Shown here: piece after piece, positions 19,859 to 29,427 of the stretch | How the letters are laid out: each line of letters opens with the position of its first letter | Numbering within the stretch: position 1 is the stretch's first letter | NCBI GenBank assembly: GCA_020630095.1 | Contig: JAHDCD010000001.1 | Span: 133,698 to 197,697, forward strand | DNA: 64,000 nt | Reading direction: 5' to 3' | Origin: Rickettsiales bacterium | GTDB taxonomy: Bacteria; Pseudomonadota; Alphaproteobacteria; Rickettsiales; UBA8987 | The notes under the pieces: generated by a model | Told to the model about the DNA's origin: nothing | The model's database searches: none | The model's input: the letters and a program-made list of their open reading frames with translations, nothing else | Position numbers and translations under genes: made by a program

Positions 19859-20572
19859 CTACTTAATCAAAGTAAAATTACCTTCGCCATTTACGGCTTT
19901 ACCGAATGCGCCTTTATCGCGGATGCTAAATACGGATATTGGCATGTTATTATCGCGGGCGATTGCGATTGCTGCGCCGTCCATAACTTTTAAGTTTTTT
20001 TCTAGTACAGTTTTATAATCTACTTCTCCATAGCGCTTAGCATCTGGATTAGTTTTTGGGTCGCTACAATATACGCCATCAACTTGCGTGCCTTTTAATA
20101 GCATTTCACAGTTAAGTTCAACTGCACGAAGTGCGGCGGCTGAATCTGTTGTGAAATATGGGTTACCTGTACCTGCGGCGCAGATAATAATTCTACCGCG
20201 CTCCATGTGGCGTTTAGCGCGGCGACGAATAAATGGTTCGCAAACGGCATTCATAGTAATGGCTGAAAGAACGCGCGTTTCAACGTCCATTTTTTCTAAA
20301 GTATTTTGCAGAGCTATTGCATTCATAACAGTTGCTAGCATTCCCATGTAGTCTGCTGAGGCTCTGTCCATCCCTGCTTTTGCCATGGTTTGACCGCGAA
20401 AAATATTTCCACCGCCAACTACAATTGCTACTTCGTTGCCGGCATCTTTTACGGCTTTAATTTCTTCGCATATTATTTTTAATGTTGATAATGAATGGCC
20501 GAAGTCATCGTCACCCATTAAAGATTCGCCAGATAGTTTAAGTAGCACACGTTTCATAATAATTCTAGTCAT
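19859..20572 (-). CDS. pyrH: UMP kinase
   Basis: [35 protein letters not shown]. An alternative ATG lies at 20557. Confidence 0.95.
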   Translation of the reverse strand: MTRIIMKRVLLKLSGESLMGDDDFGHSLSTLKIICEEIKAVKDAGNEVAIVVGGGNIFRGQTMAKAGMDRASADYMGMLATVMNAIALQNTLEKMDVETRVLSAITMNAVCEPFIRRRAKRHMERGRIIICAAGTGNPYFTTDSAAALRAVELNCEMLLKGTQVDGVYCSDPKTNPDAKRYGEVDYKTVLEKNLKVMDGAAIAIARDNNMPISVFSIRDKGAFGKAVNGEGNFTLIK

Positions 20573-20642
20573 GTCATTCCCGCGAAGGCGGGAATCTCAT
20601 AACAAGATTTTCAAGGGAGATTCCCGCCTTCGCGGGAATGAC
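20573..20642. repeat. RPE-like 70-nt palindromic element (intergenic, pyrH/serC)
   Basis: Perfect 24-bp arms gtcattcccgcgaaggcgggaatc / gattcccgccttcgcgggaatgac around a 22-nt loop. This is the source of the spurious SFPRRRES...RLRGNDN ORF 20436..20657. Confidence 0.85.
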
Positions 20643-20653
20643 AACATCTATCT

Positions 20654-21829
20654 TTAAGCAGCCTTACTTTCAGCTTCTGCTTTGATTTCTTCAAATGCCC
20701 ATTTTATCCAAGGCATAAGTGCTTCAATATCTGATGTTTCAACTGTTGCGCCACCCCAAATACGTAAGCCGGCAGGGGCATCGCGGTAAGCACCAATGTC
20801 GTAGGCTACGCCTTCAGCATCAAGAGCTTTAACAATTTGTTTTGCCTTAGCTTGCTGCTCTTCAACCGGTAAATTTGTATACCAGTCATCAGTTATTTTT
20901 AAGCAGATAGATGTTGTTGAGCGTTCATTCTCATTTTCTGCCAAAAATCCTAACCAATCAGAATTATCTGCAACAAAATCTTCAACGGCTTTTAAGTTTG
21001 CCGTTGAGCGTTTTATTAAGCCTTGTAAGCCGCCTTCGCTTTCTGCCCAGTTGCAGAAATCTAGCGCGTCTTCAACACATAGCATTGAAGGTGTGTTAAT
21101 TGTTGATCCCTCAAAAATACTTGCGTTTAATTTGCCACCTTTAGTTAAGCGGAAAATTTTTGGAAGAGGGCGGTCAGGTGCATAGCTTTCTAACCTTTCA
21201 ACTGCGCGCGGTGAAAGAATTAATATTCCATGCGCAGCTTCTGAGCCCATAACTTTCTGCCAAGAATATGTTAATACATCAATTTTGCTCCAGTCAATAT
21301 CCTGAGCTAACACACCAGATGTTGCATCGCAAATGGTTATGCCTTCGCGGTCGTTTGCTATCCAGTCTAGGTTAGGGCATTTAACACCAGATGTTGTACC
21401 GTTTAATGTGAATACGATATCACGCGTTTTTGTATCAACTTCTGCAAAGTTTGGTAGCACACCATAATCAGCTACGACAGTTTCTAAATTATCCAATTTT
21501 AATTGCTTCGCGGCATCCGTTACCCATGCTGAGCCAAAGCTTTCCCATGCAAGTACTGTAGTTGGTTTACAACCAAGCATTGACCACATTGCCATTTCTA
21601 CTGCGCCAGTATCCGATGCGGGAACAACACCTAAATGGTAACCCTCAGGTAGTTGTAATAATGCTTTTTGCTTTTCGATAACTTCTTTAAGTTTTTTCTT
21701 ACCGATTGATGACCTGTGAGATCTACCAAGGGCGGCATCACTTAATGCGTTCAAACTCCAGTTTGGACGTTTAGAAGTTGGACCAGATGAAAAGTTTGGA
21801 TTATTAGGTTTTACCGAAGGTTTAGACAT
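20654..21829 (-). CDS. serC: Phosphoserine aminotransferase (alphaproteobacterial long type)
   Basis: 391 aa. N-terminus [17 protein letters not shown] and a class V aminotransferase fold pattern. Confidence 0.85.
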   Translation of the reverse strand: MSKPSVKPNNPNFSSGPTSKRPNWSLNALSDAALGRSHRSSIGKKKLKEVIEKQKALLQLPEGYHLGVVPASDTGAVEMAMWSMLGCKPTTVLAWESFGSAWVTDAAKQLKLDNLETVVADYGVLPNFAEVDTKTRDIVFTLNGTTSGVKCPNLDWIANDREGITICDATSGVLAQDIDWSKIDVLTYSWQKVMGSEAAHGILILSPRAVERLESYAPDRPLPKIFRLTKGGKLNASIFEGSTINTPSMLCVEDALDFCNWAESEGGLQGLIKRSTANLKAVEDFVADNSDWLGFLAENENERSTTSICLKITDDWYTNLPVEEQQAKAKQIVKALDAEGVAYDIGAYRDAPAGLRIWGGATVETSDIEALMPWIKWAFEEIKAEAESKAA

Positions 21830-21883
21830 GCAGTAATATTTAACAAGATGCCTAAATTATGCAATTATTCTTTATAATTAATT

Positions 21884-22148
21884 CAATTTTCTCAAATATA
21901 GAAAATCTTTTAAGTGTATAAATTTGAAAAAATAATATTTTAAGGGTGTTTTAGGTAGGAAATCCTTATATTTCAATGTATCGCGTTATATTTAAGGCAA
22001 AATAAGTATAAAAAAATGGTAAAAAACGTTCATTTTTTTACGTTTTTTAAGCAAAAACCTGAATTTTTATTGAGGAGATTTACTTTTTGAAGGTGGATTA
22101 ACGATGTAATTAAAATATATAGCCGAGTTTATTTACTGGAAGAGGGGA
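21884..22148. repeat. Dispersed ~260-bp non-coding repeat, copy R1
   Basis: Collinear blocks shared with 52541..52797: aattttc..aatatagaaaat, aaaaaataatattt, cttatatttcaat, tataaaaaatggt, aaaaaacgttca...cgttttttaa, acgatgt, ggaag. Confidence 0.6.
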
Positions 22149-22150
22149 AT

Positions 22151-22417
22151 TATAGTCTTTTCTAATTTGCAAAATAGTCATTTTGTAAATTATTGTTGGT
22201 TAAGTAGATTTCCTTAACAGTCAATCTACTTAACATTCGCCGCGCTACGCTTGCGCAACATAAGGGCGTGCTAGCCCTTATGTTGATAGTAAAACAATTA
22301 ATTTCCTGCGGAAATCTAATTAGTTTACTATAGGTTCATTGCTTCGCAATGCAAAACCAGCTCAAGTTGGTTTTGATAGTAAATCCCAATTTATTACATA
22401 AATTAGAATTTACTATA
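22151..22417 (+). repeat. MITE-like hairpin-array element, long copy (U_L)
   Basis: Outer end tatagtcttttctaattt, inner end ttagaatttactata. Contains at least 7 consecutive stem-loops. Inverted homologue of 22970..23078. Confidence 0.6.
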
Positions 22418-22873
22418 TTACCTTGGTAATGTAGGGGGGCTAACCTCATTCTTAATCAATTTTAGATCAATACTTTTTCCACCAACCTCAGGTTTAGGTC
22501 TTTGATGAGCATCAGCTCTAATACTACCTAATACTATACTTAAATGATCCATAGAAGTTAACTCTTCACGAATCTGGGTTAAAGTTTCTGAAACTTTTTG
22601 AACTATAGGTACCCCCGCTTTTTCTAGGTTTTTAAGATCAGATAATTTAAATTCCAGTTTTAGATGTTTTTCGCCAATATTTTGATAATCAATACCTAGT
22701 GGCTCGAGCTCCTCTTCAACGATGGCTATACTTTCTTCGTTTTCAAATTCAAAAACAAAGGTATCACCACCATTAAGTTCCATAGCCCTATCTTTTGCCC
22801 ATTGTGGAACGATAACTTTTGAGGATAAAAAGGCTTCTTGTGCATCAGTAGAGAATATTTGAGCTTCTGTCAT
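22418..22873 (-). CDS. Acidic ORFan protein (151 aa)
   Basis: ORF with a box promoter, bracketed by the inverted U elements. No recognisable motif. Confidence 0.6.
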   Translation of the reverse strand: MTEAQIFSTDAQEAFLSSKVIVPQWAKDRAMELNGGDTFVFEFENEESIAIVEEELEPLGIDYQNIGEKHLKLEFKLSDLKNLEKAGVPIVQKVSETLTQIREELTSMDHLSIVLGSIRADAHQRPKPEVGGKSIDLKLIKNEVSPPTLPR

Positions 22874-22880
22874 ATAAAAA

Positions 22881-22913
22881 ACCCTACAATATAATAATTA
22901 AAAAAACGTTAAC
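22881..22913 (-). promoter_or_regulatory. CtrA-type box plus -10, predicted leaderless promoter of ORF 22418..22873
   Basis: Plus strand 22898-22913 is TTAAaaaaacgTTAAC. In gene orientation: TTAA, 11 nt, TAGGGT (22886-22881), 7 nt, ATG 22873. Confidence 0.5.
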
Positions 22914-22950
22914 AAAAAAGGCGGCTCTAAATTAATAAAGCCGCCTTTTG
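22914..22950 (-). terminator. Rho-independent terminator of groESL
   Basis: Minus strand reads aaaaggcggc-tttattaatttaga-gccgcctttttt followed by a T run. It sits directly before the next gene's box. Confidence 0.6.
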
Positions 22951-22969
22951 ATAATTAGGTTCTTTAAAG

Positions 22970-23078
22970 TATAGTAAATTCTAATTTACTATCAGAATAA
23001 GCTTGAGCTTATTCTGCGCCGCGAAGCGAGCGAGCCTAATTTACACGCCAACCGGCGTGTAAATTATAAAAGACTATA
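22970..23078 (-). repeat. MITE-like hairpin-array element, short copy (U_R)
   Basis: Minus strand reads tatagtcttttataattt-[acacgcc ggtt ggcgtgt]-...-[agaataag ctcaag cttattct]-gatagtaaattagaatttactata. Starts 6 nt after the groEL stop. Confidence 0.6.
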
Positions 23079-23084
23079 GACTTA

Positions 23085-24764
<1,680 letters not shown>

Positions 24765-24776
24765 TTATGTTATTAT

Positions 24777-25049
24777 TTATGCTACTTTAGCAATAATATC
24801 TGATTGGTTAAAAATTAAGTGCTCTGTACCTTCAATATCAATTTCAGTACCACCCCATTTAGCGATTAATACTGTGTCGCCTTCTTTAACGTTCATAGGC
24901 TCATCTTTTGTGCCCTCGCCAACAGCTGTAACAATAGCTTTGTTTGGCTTTTCTTTTGCGTTATCTGGAATGATAATGCCAGATGCTGTTTTAGTCTCTT
25001 CAGCTTCTCTTTTTACTAATACGCGGTTGCCTAATGGAATTACTTTCAT
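24777..25049 (-). CDS. groS: Co-chaperonin GroES
   Basis: 90 aa. PLGNRVLVKREAEETKTASGIIIPD mobile-loop pattern. AGGAG Shine-Dalgarno. Confidence 0.95.
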   Translation of the reverse strand: MKVIPLGNRVLVKREAEETKTASGIIIPDNAKEKPNKAIVTAVGEGTKDEPMNVKEGDTVLIAKWGGTEIDIEGTEHLIFNQSDIIAKVA

Positions 25050-25084
25050 GTTTTTCTCCTAATTTTTTCCTTTAATATAAAAAA

Positions 25085-25116
25085 TTAACGTTATGTTAAC
25101 AAAGGTAATCTACTAT
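25085..25116 (+). promoter_or_regulatory. CtrA-type box plus -10 oriented toward the autotransporter gene; overlaps the groES promoter
   Basis: 25085-25100 is TTAAcgttatgTTAAC, then 11 nt, then TACTAT (25111-25116). On the other strand TTGTTA-17-TATATT forms a sigma70-like groES promoter overlapping the box. Confidence 0.45.
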
Positions 25117-25194
25117 GTAATAAGTAATATATAGTGAGATATACCTTTTGGTGTGGCAATAATATGGGTTATTAATGGCTTAATTTCAAGTGTG

Positions 25195-28017
25195 ATGAAT
25201 AAATTTTTTATAAAAATCCTTAGTTTAATTTGTGTGGTTTCTATTATTTTAACCACAAGCCCCGAGTTTGGAAGGGCGAACGAGTATTTTGACTACGATA
25301 CTGTTAGTAGAAATAATACTAATCCTAGGCTTATTCAAGCTGCGGCATATGGTAATATTGCAATTGTAGAGCAAGAGTTGTTGGCAGGTGCAAATGTTAA
25401 TATGATAGGTGTGTCGGGTACAACGGCATTAATGCAGGCTGCGTATAATAACGACTTTGAAATGACTGAGTTTTTAATTCAGTCGGGTGCTAGCCTTGAC
25501 CAACGTGATAGAAATCAACGTACGGCGGCGGAATATGCGGCGGCGGCTGACAATGTGCGTATGATAGAGCTTTTAGGTGCGTATGGTGCGGATATTGATA
25601 AATTTATAGTAGGAAAAACAGATTATGGCAGTTTATTATATACAACATTAGGTGTTGTAGCTGTTTTAGCGGCTGCGGGTGCTTTAGGTACAGATGGAGA
25701 GCCGGAAGATTCTACTGGCGGTGGTGGTACAACGCCAACTGTTCCTACGCCAGACCCAGGAACTGGCGGTTCAACGCCAACTGGGAATGTGGTTATTCCC
25801 GTTGCTCCGGAATCTGGAACGGCCTCAACATTTGAAGACACTGAATATGGAACTTCTGGTGCGCATGCCATTGTAAATGCCTCAGCAGCTTATGCGCGTG
25901 GTTATGATGGCTCTGTATTTACTCGTGATGCTGATGGTGCAAACCCTGTATTGGATGCATCTAAGGCTGTTAGGGTTGCGGTAATTGATGGTGGCATTGA
26001 TATTCATCATACAGATTTAGACGATAATTTAGCTACAACAGGCGCTAGGTGTTTAACATCGGGGTGCTTTGGTGATGGTGATGCTAGTGCATCCGAAGAT
26101 AATCATGGTACATTAGTTTCTTCATTAATTTTAGGTGAAGATAATAATTCCGGTGCAATGGGTATTGCGCCTGATGCAAAATTAATTCCTATCAATGCAA
26201 TTACGGCGGGTGGCTCAACTTCACGTGCGTTTGCTCATGCGGTGGGTAATGGCGCAGATATTATTAATAATAGTTGGGGTATTACAGATTTAGCTGGTAG
26301 AGAGGTGTATATTGCTGGCAATTCTACCGCAGCGGATGCTCAAGCCGCATTTAGTGGTGAAAATCAATTTAATGGTATTACGGATGGCGTTAACAATGGC
26401 TCTGTATTTGTATTTGCTACAGGTAATAGTGGTAATTCTGAACCGAATATAGTTGCTGGCTTACCTTTCTATTTTAATGGTGCGGCTAATAATGGTATCA
26501 ATACTTCAAATGTAGATTTACGTAATAATTGGATTGCAGTTGGTGCGTATAGCGCATCTGGTACGAATAATTTAGCATCGTTCTCTAATGCTTGCGGTGT
26601 GGCTAAAGATTGGTGTTTAGTTGCCCCTGGTTCTAGCTTAACGGGTGCGGCTAATGGTGGTGCAACTACTGGGTCATCGGCTACAACATCTGAAACTGGT
26701 ACAAGTTTTGCGGCGCCTGTAGTTTCTGGTGCATTGGCAGTTGTAATGGGTGCGTTCCCGCATTTATCAACTGAGCAGGCGGCTAGTATTTTGTTACAAA
26801 CGGCTACAGATTTAGGTCCGGCGGGTGTTGATGAATTTACGGGGCATGGTTTATTAAATTTAGATTCTGCAACTACACCAGGTGGTTCATTTGTTGTACC
26901 TACGGGCGGTAGTGCAGGTGTTTCACAATTTAGTGCAACGGGTACGGGGTTGGCATTTGGTAGAGCTTCAGCCAGTGCAGTTGGTTCGGAGAACAAGTTA
27001 ATGGTTATAGATTACCTTGGGCGTAATACATATATTGATGTGAATGATTTTACTTCATCTAGCAATGAGCGCTCAGAAAGCGTGAATGATTTATATAATA
27101 AATTCTCTAACAATCCTGATATTGAATTTAACGATGGTAAAACGGAATTTACATTAACAACGCGTTTACAGAATCGTGATGAGCTTGATAGATTTTCAGA
27201 GGAAGATTTACAAGGTTTCCAATATAAAGAGCAATTAAACAAGAAGACTAAGGTGGGTTTTGCCTATAACATGCCAGTTGATAATTCTGGCATTGGTTTG
27301 AATCAGTCTGATAATATACTTAGTTTAGCTGAGAAAGGGTATTCAGCTTCAATTGAAGGGCAGGGCTATAAGTTAGGTTTATTCAATGGGGAGTCACTTG
27401 ATAATGAAGATATTAAGTCTTCAGGTATTTATGTGGAGCAGGATATTGCTAAAAATATTTCATTCATTGGTGGTATTATTAATGAAGAGAATAGTTTTGT
27501 AGGTAATGCATCTTCTGGTGCATTGGAAGTTGGTGAGGATAATATTACTGCATTTTATGGTTTGAAAGGTGGTTATGATTATTCACCGAATCTTTCATTT
27601 AACGCGGAAGCTATTTTAGCTAATACGGAGCTTTCGGATGCTCCAACGAGTTCATTGGTTAATGGTGCTAGTGACATTATGTCGTCGTCATTCAAGCTTG
27701 GTGCGGCGTATAATGGTTTATTTAAAGCTAATGATAATTTCTCTTTAAACATTGCTCAGCCGTTAAAGGTAGAGCAGGGTACGCTTAATATTGCTACGCC
27801 AACATCTATTTCGGCTGATGGTTCTATTGGTTATGAGAATGATAATTTAAACTTAGCTTCAGATGCTAGGCAGGTGGATTTAGGTTTTGATTATAACCTA
27901 AACTTTGGTCTTGGTACTTCATTAAAAGCGGGTGCTATATTAAAAATGAATCCTAATCATTCATCGGATTACGAGAATGAATCGACAGGCTTCATAAGAT
28001 TGCAGCATAATTTCTAG
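25195..28017 (+). CDS. Ankyrin-repeat / subtilisin-like (S8) serine protease autotransporter
   Basis: Signal peptide MNKFFIKILSLICVVSIILT. About 3 ANK repeats (25321..25602), then a hydrophobic helix and a Gly/Thr/Pro linker. S8 triad contexts VAVIDGGID, HGTLVSS, GTSFAAPVVSG. C-terminal beta-barrel ending LQHNF. The ORF extends to a GTG at 25153. Confidence 0.8.
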   Translation: MNKFFIKILSLICVVSIILTTSPEFGRANEYFDYDTVSRNNTNPRLIQAAAYGNIAIVEQELLAGANVNMIGVSGTTALMQAAYNNDFEMTEFLIQSGASLDQRDRNQRTAAEYAAAADNVRMIELLGAYGADIDKFIVGKTDYGSLLYTTLGVVAVLAAAGALGTDGEPEDSTGGGGTTPTVPTPDPGTGGSTPTGNVVIPVAPESGTASTFEDTEYGTSGAHAIVNASAAYARGYDGSVFTRDADGANPVLDASKAVRVAVIDGGIDIHHTDLDDNLATTGARCLTSGCFGDGDASASEDNHGTLVSSLILGEDNNSGAMGIAPDAKLIPINAITAGGSTSRAFAHAVGNGADIINNSWGITDLAGREVYIAGNSTAADAQAAFSGENQFNGITDGVNNGSVFVFATGNSGNSEPNIVAGLPFYFNGAANNGINTSNVDLRNNWIAVGAYSASGTNNLASFSNACGVAKDWCLVAPGSSLTGAANGGATTGSSATTSETGTSFAAPVVSGALAVVMGAFPHLSTEQAASILLQTATDLGPAGVDEFTGHGLLNLDSATTPGGSFVVPTGGSAGVSQFSATGTGLAFGRASASAVGSENKLMVIDYLGRNTYIDVNDFTSSSNERSESVNDLYNKFSNNPDIEFNDGKTEFTLTTRLQNRDELDRFSEEDLQGFQYKEQLNKKTKVGFAYNMPVDNSGIGLNQSDNILSLAEKGYSASIEGQGYKLGLFNGESLDNEDIKSSGIYVEQDIAKNISFIGGIINEENSFVGNASSGALEVGEDNITAFYGLKGGYDYSPNLSFNAEAILANTELSDAPTSSLVNGASDIMSSSFKLGAAYNGLFKANDNFSLNIAQPLKVEQGTLNIATPTSISADGSIGYENDNLNLASDARQVDLGFDYNLNFGLGTSLKAGAILKMNPNHSSDYENESTGFIRLQHNF

Positions 28018-28030
28018 AATATTTTATAAA

Positions 28031-28223
28031 GCGAACGAATGTGAGTGGTGGGGGCAGAGGGCCTTAGCGGCTATGCCGCCATTTAATAATACAAGTACAT
28101 CTGTACCTAATACGAACGAATGTGAGTGGTAGGGGCAGAGGGCCTTAGCGGCTATGCCGCCATTTAATAATACAAGTACATCTGTACCTAATACGAACGA
28201 ATGTGAGTGGTAGGGGCAGAGGG
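28031..28223. repeat. 81-bp tandem repeat re-copying the 3' end of tRNA-Met
   Basis: Units begin at 28032, 28113 and 28194 (period 81). Each contains tggt(a/g)ggggcagaggg, the complement of the tRNA 3' end CCCTCTGCCCCTACCA, plus the same 65-nt spacer with hairpin gcggc-tat-gccgc. Confidence 0.85.
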
Positions 28224-28284
28224 ACTTGAACCCCCGACAAAGACGTTATGAGCGTCCTGCTCTAACCAACTGAGCTATGCCCCT
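28208..28284 (-). tRNA. tRNA-Met (anticodon CAT; elongator type, or possibly tRNA-Ile2)
   Basis: Manual cloverleaf: AGGGGCA-TA-GCTC-AGTTGGTTA-GAGC-A-GGACG-CTCATAA-CGTCT-TTGTC-GGGGG-TTCAAGT-CCCTC-TGCCCCT-A-CCA, 77 nt. Confidence 0.85.
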
Positions 28285-28341
28285 ACAGGTTAGATGTAAA
28301 GTTTATAATTAATTGTTTCTTATGCATCAAGTGTTTTAAAC

Positions 28342-28373
28342 TTAATAATTTCTTAACGAACTTTTATTATAAT
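28342..28373 (+). promoter_or_regulatory. CtrA-type box plus -10, predicted leaderless promoter of ORF 28380..29339
   Basis: TTAAtaatttcTTAAC (28342-28357); TATAAT (28368-28373) lies 11 nt after the proximal TTAA; then 6 nt to GTG 28380. Confidence 0.5.
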
Positions 28374-28379
28374 ATAATC

Positions 28380-29339
28380 GTGGTTCAATTTTATGAATTA
28401 AATAGAGAAGGGCGCCTAGAATTGGTTGATTCAAAGAAGGATTTCAATCGAGGTGATAACGTGCTTTTATACCTTGGCCCTATAGAGGCTAGTTCAGATA
28501 ATAAAAATCAGCATATAGGAGGGATTAAGGTACTAAGGGATATTATAGGTGAGGATGTTATAAATAGCAGGGGGCTTAGATTGGTGTCTTTTCCTTATGA
28601 AGATATTAGTCAAAATAGTCTAAATTTTAACTGCTATAGGATGGAAAGAGATTCTTATTGTTCATTAGAGGCAAAAGAGTTGTTTGAGGCTTTACAATCT
28701 ATGACAGAATTCGGAAGCTCAGTTTCAATTGCAGCGCACAGTTATGGTACATCGTTTTTTGCTCAAATGGTTAATGGAAATAGATTTAAGCAAGGTGAGG
28801 GTTTAGAGGTAATACCAAGAATTTTTACTGGTACTGTAGTTCAATTAGGGCATGTGGAGCAAATGAAGGGTGATACTTTAGCAATGTATGGTATGAATGA
28901 TAAGGTGCTTGAGAATAGAGGTGTTTATCTAGATTCATATTTCAATATGGATACAGAGCTTGAAATATTAGATAAGGGCAATTCTGTTATGGTTGCAGGA
29001 ATGATTCCTACGAAAATTAATTTCTTTCGAGGAGGTGGGGGTGATTTGCGATATGAGAAGCATAAAGGGCTTAAAGATCATGAGGCGCATATTTTACCTG
29101 CGTATGTCTCTGCTGGAGCGGGTTGTGAGTTAGAAGTTGGTAACCCTGTAGAAACACCAATAAGCTATGCGTATAAGAATGCTTTAATTAATATGGTTCT
29201 AGGGCGGAGCCTTTCAGTGGATTCGTTGGCTTATTCAGATTTTCATTCTAAGTCACCTGAAAAGGCTGTTCCATCAGTTTATGCCCAACAAATGGAGTTG
29301 AGGGTGATGCAGGCTGTGGATAGAATGAATGGTATATAG
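28380..29339 (+). CDS. ORFan protein with possible alpha/beta-hydrolase (lipase/esterase) nucleophile motif
   Basis: 319 aa. AAHSYGTSF resembles a G/A-x-S-x-G nucleophile elbow. Later candidate Asp (GMNDKV) and His (KDHEAH). GTG start. Confidence 0.45.
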   Translation: MVQFYELNREGRLELVDSKKDFNRGDNVLLYLGPIEASSDNKNQHIGGIKVLRDIIGEDVINSRGLRLVSFPYEDISQNSLNFNCYRMERDSYCSLEAKELFEALQSMTEFGSSVSIAAHSYGTSFFAQMVNGNRFKQGEGLEVIPRIFTGTVVQLGHVEQMKGDTLAMYGMNDKVLENRGVYLDSYFNMDTELEILDKGNSVMVAGMIPTKINFFRGGGGDLRYEKHKGLKDHEAHILPAYVSAGAGCELEVGNPVETPISYAYKNALINMVLGRSLSVDSLAYSDFHSKSPEKAVPSVYAQQMELRVMQAVDRMNGI

Positions 29340-29427
29340 AATATTATAACATTCTACATAAACATTGTATAATATATATTATGTTAAATAAGATGTTTGG
29401 GTTGAATTGGTATAACTATTATATATA

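Noticed and set aside
20436-20657. 73-aa ORF ending ...[27 protein letters not shown]
   Set aside because: It is the translation of the palindromic element at 20573..20642 plus pyrH antisense. This is a classic repeat-derived false ORF.
21884-22417. Replication origin or a known ncRNA (SRP, tmRNA, RNase P, 6S) in the 590-bp gene-free region
   Set aside because: Only weak DnaA-box-like strings are present (ttaatccacc; ttatcctata in R2). The region has no hemE/dnaA context and no conserved ncRNA core motifs (for example GGAAGCAGCC or GAGGAAAGTCC).
25050-25150. CIRCE operator or sigma32 promoter upstream of groES
   Set aside because: No TTAGCACTC-N9-GAGTGCTAA and no CTTGAA/CCCCAT pair was found. 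Only a sigma70-like promoter overlapping the CtrA-type box is visible.
28031-28207. Possible CRISPR array (regular 81-bp and 95-bp periodic repeats at 28031 and 57650)
   Set aside because: The 'spacers' are identical between units, the repeats are copies of tRNA 3' ends, and no cas genes are present. These are tandem duplications, not CRISPR.
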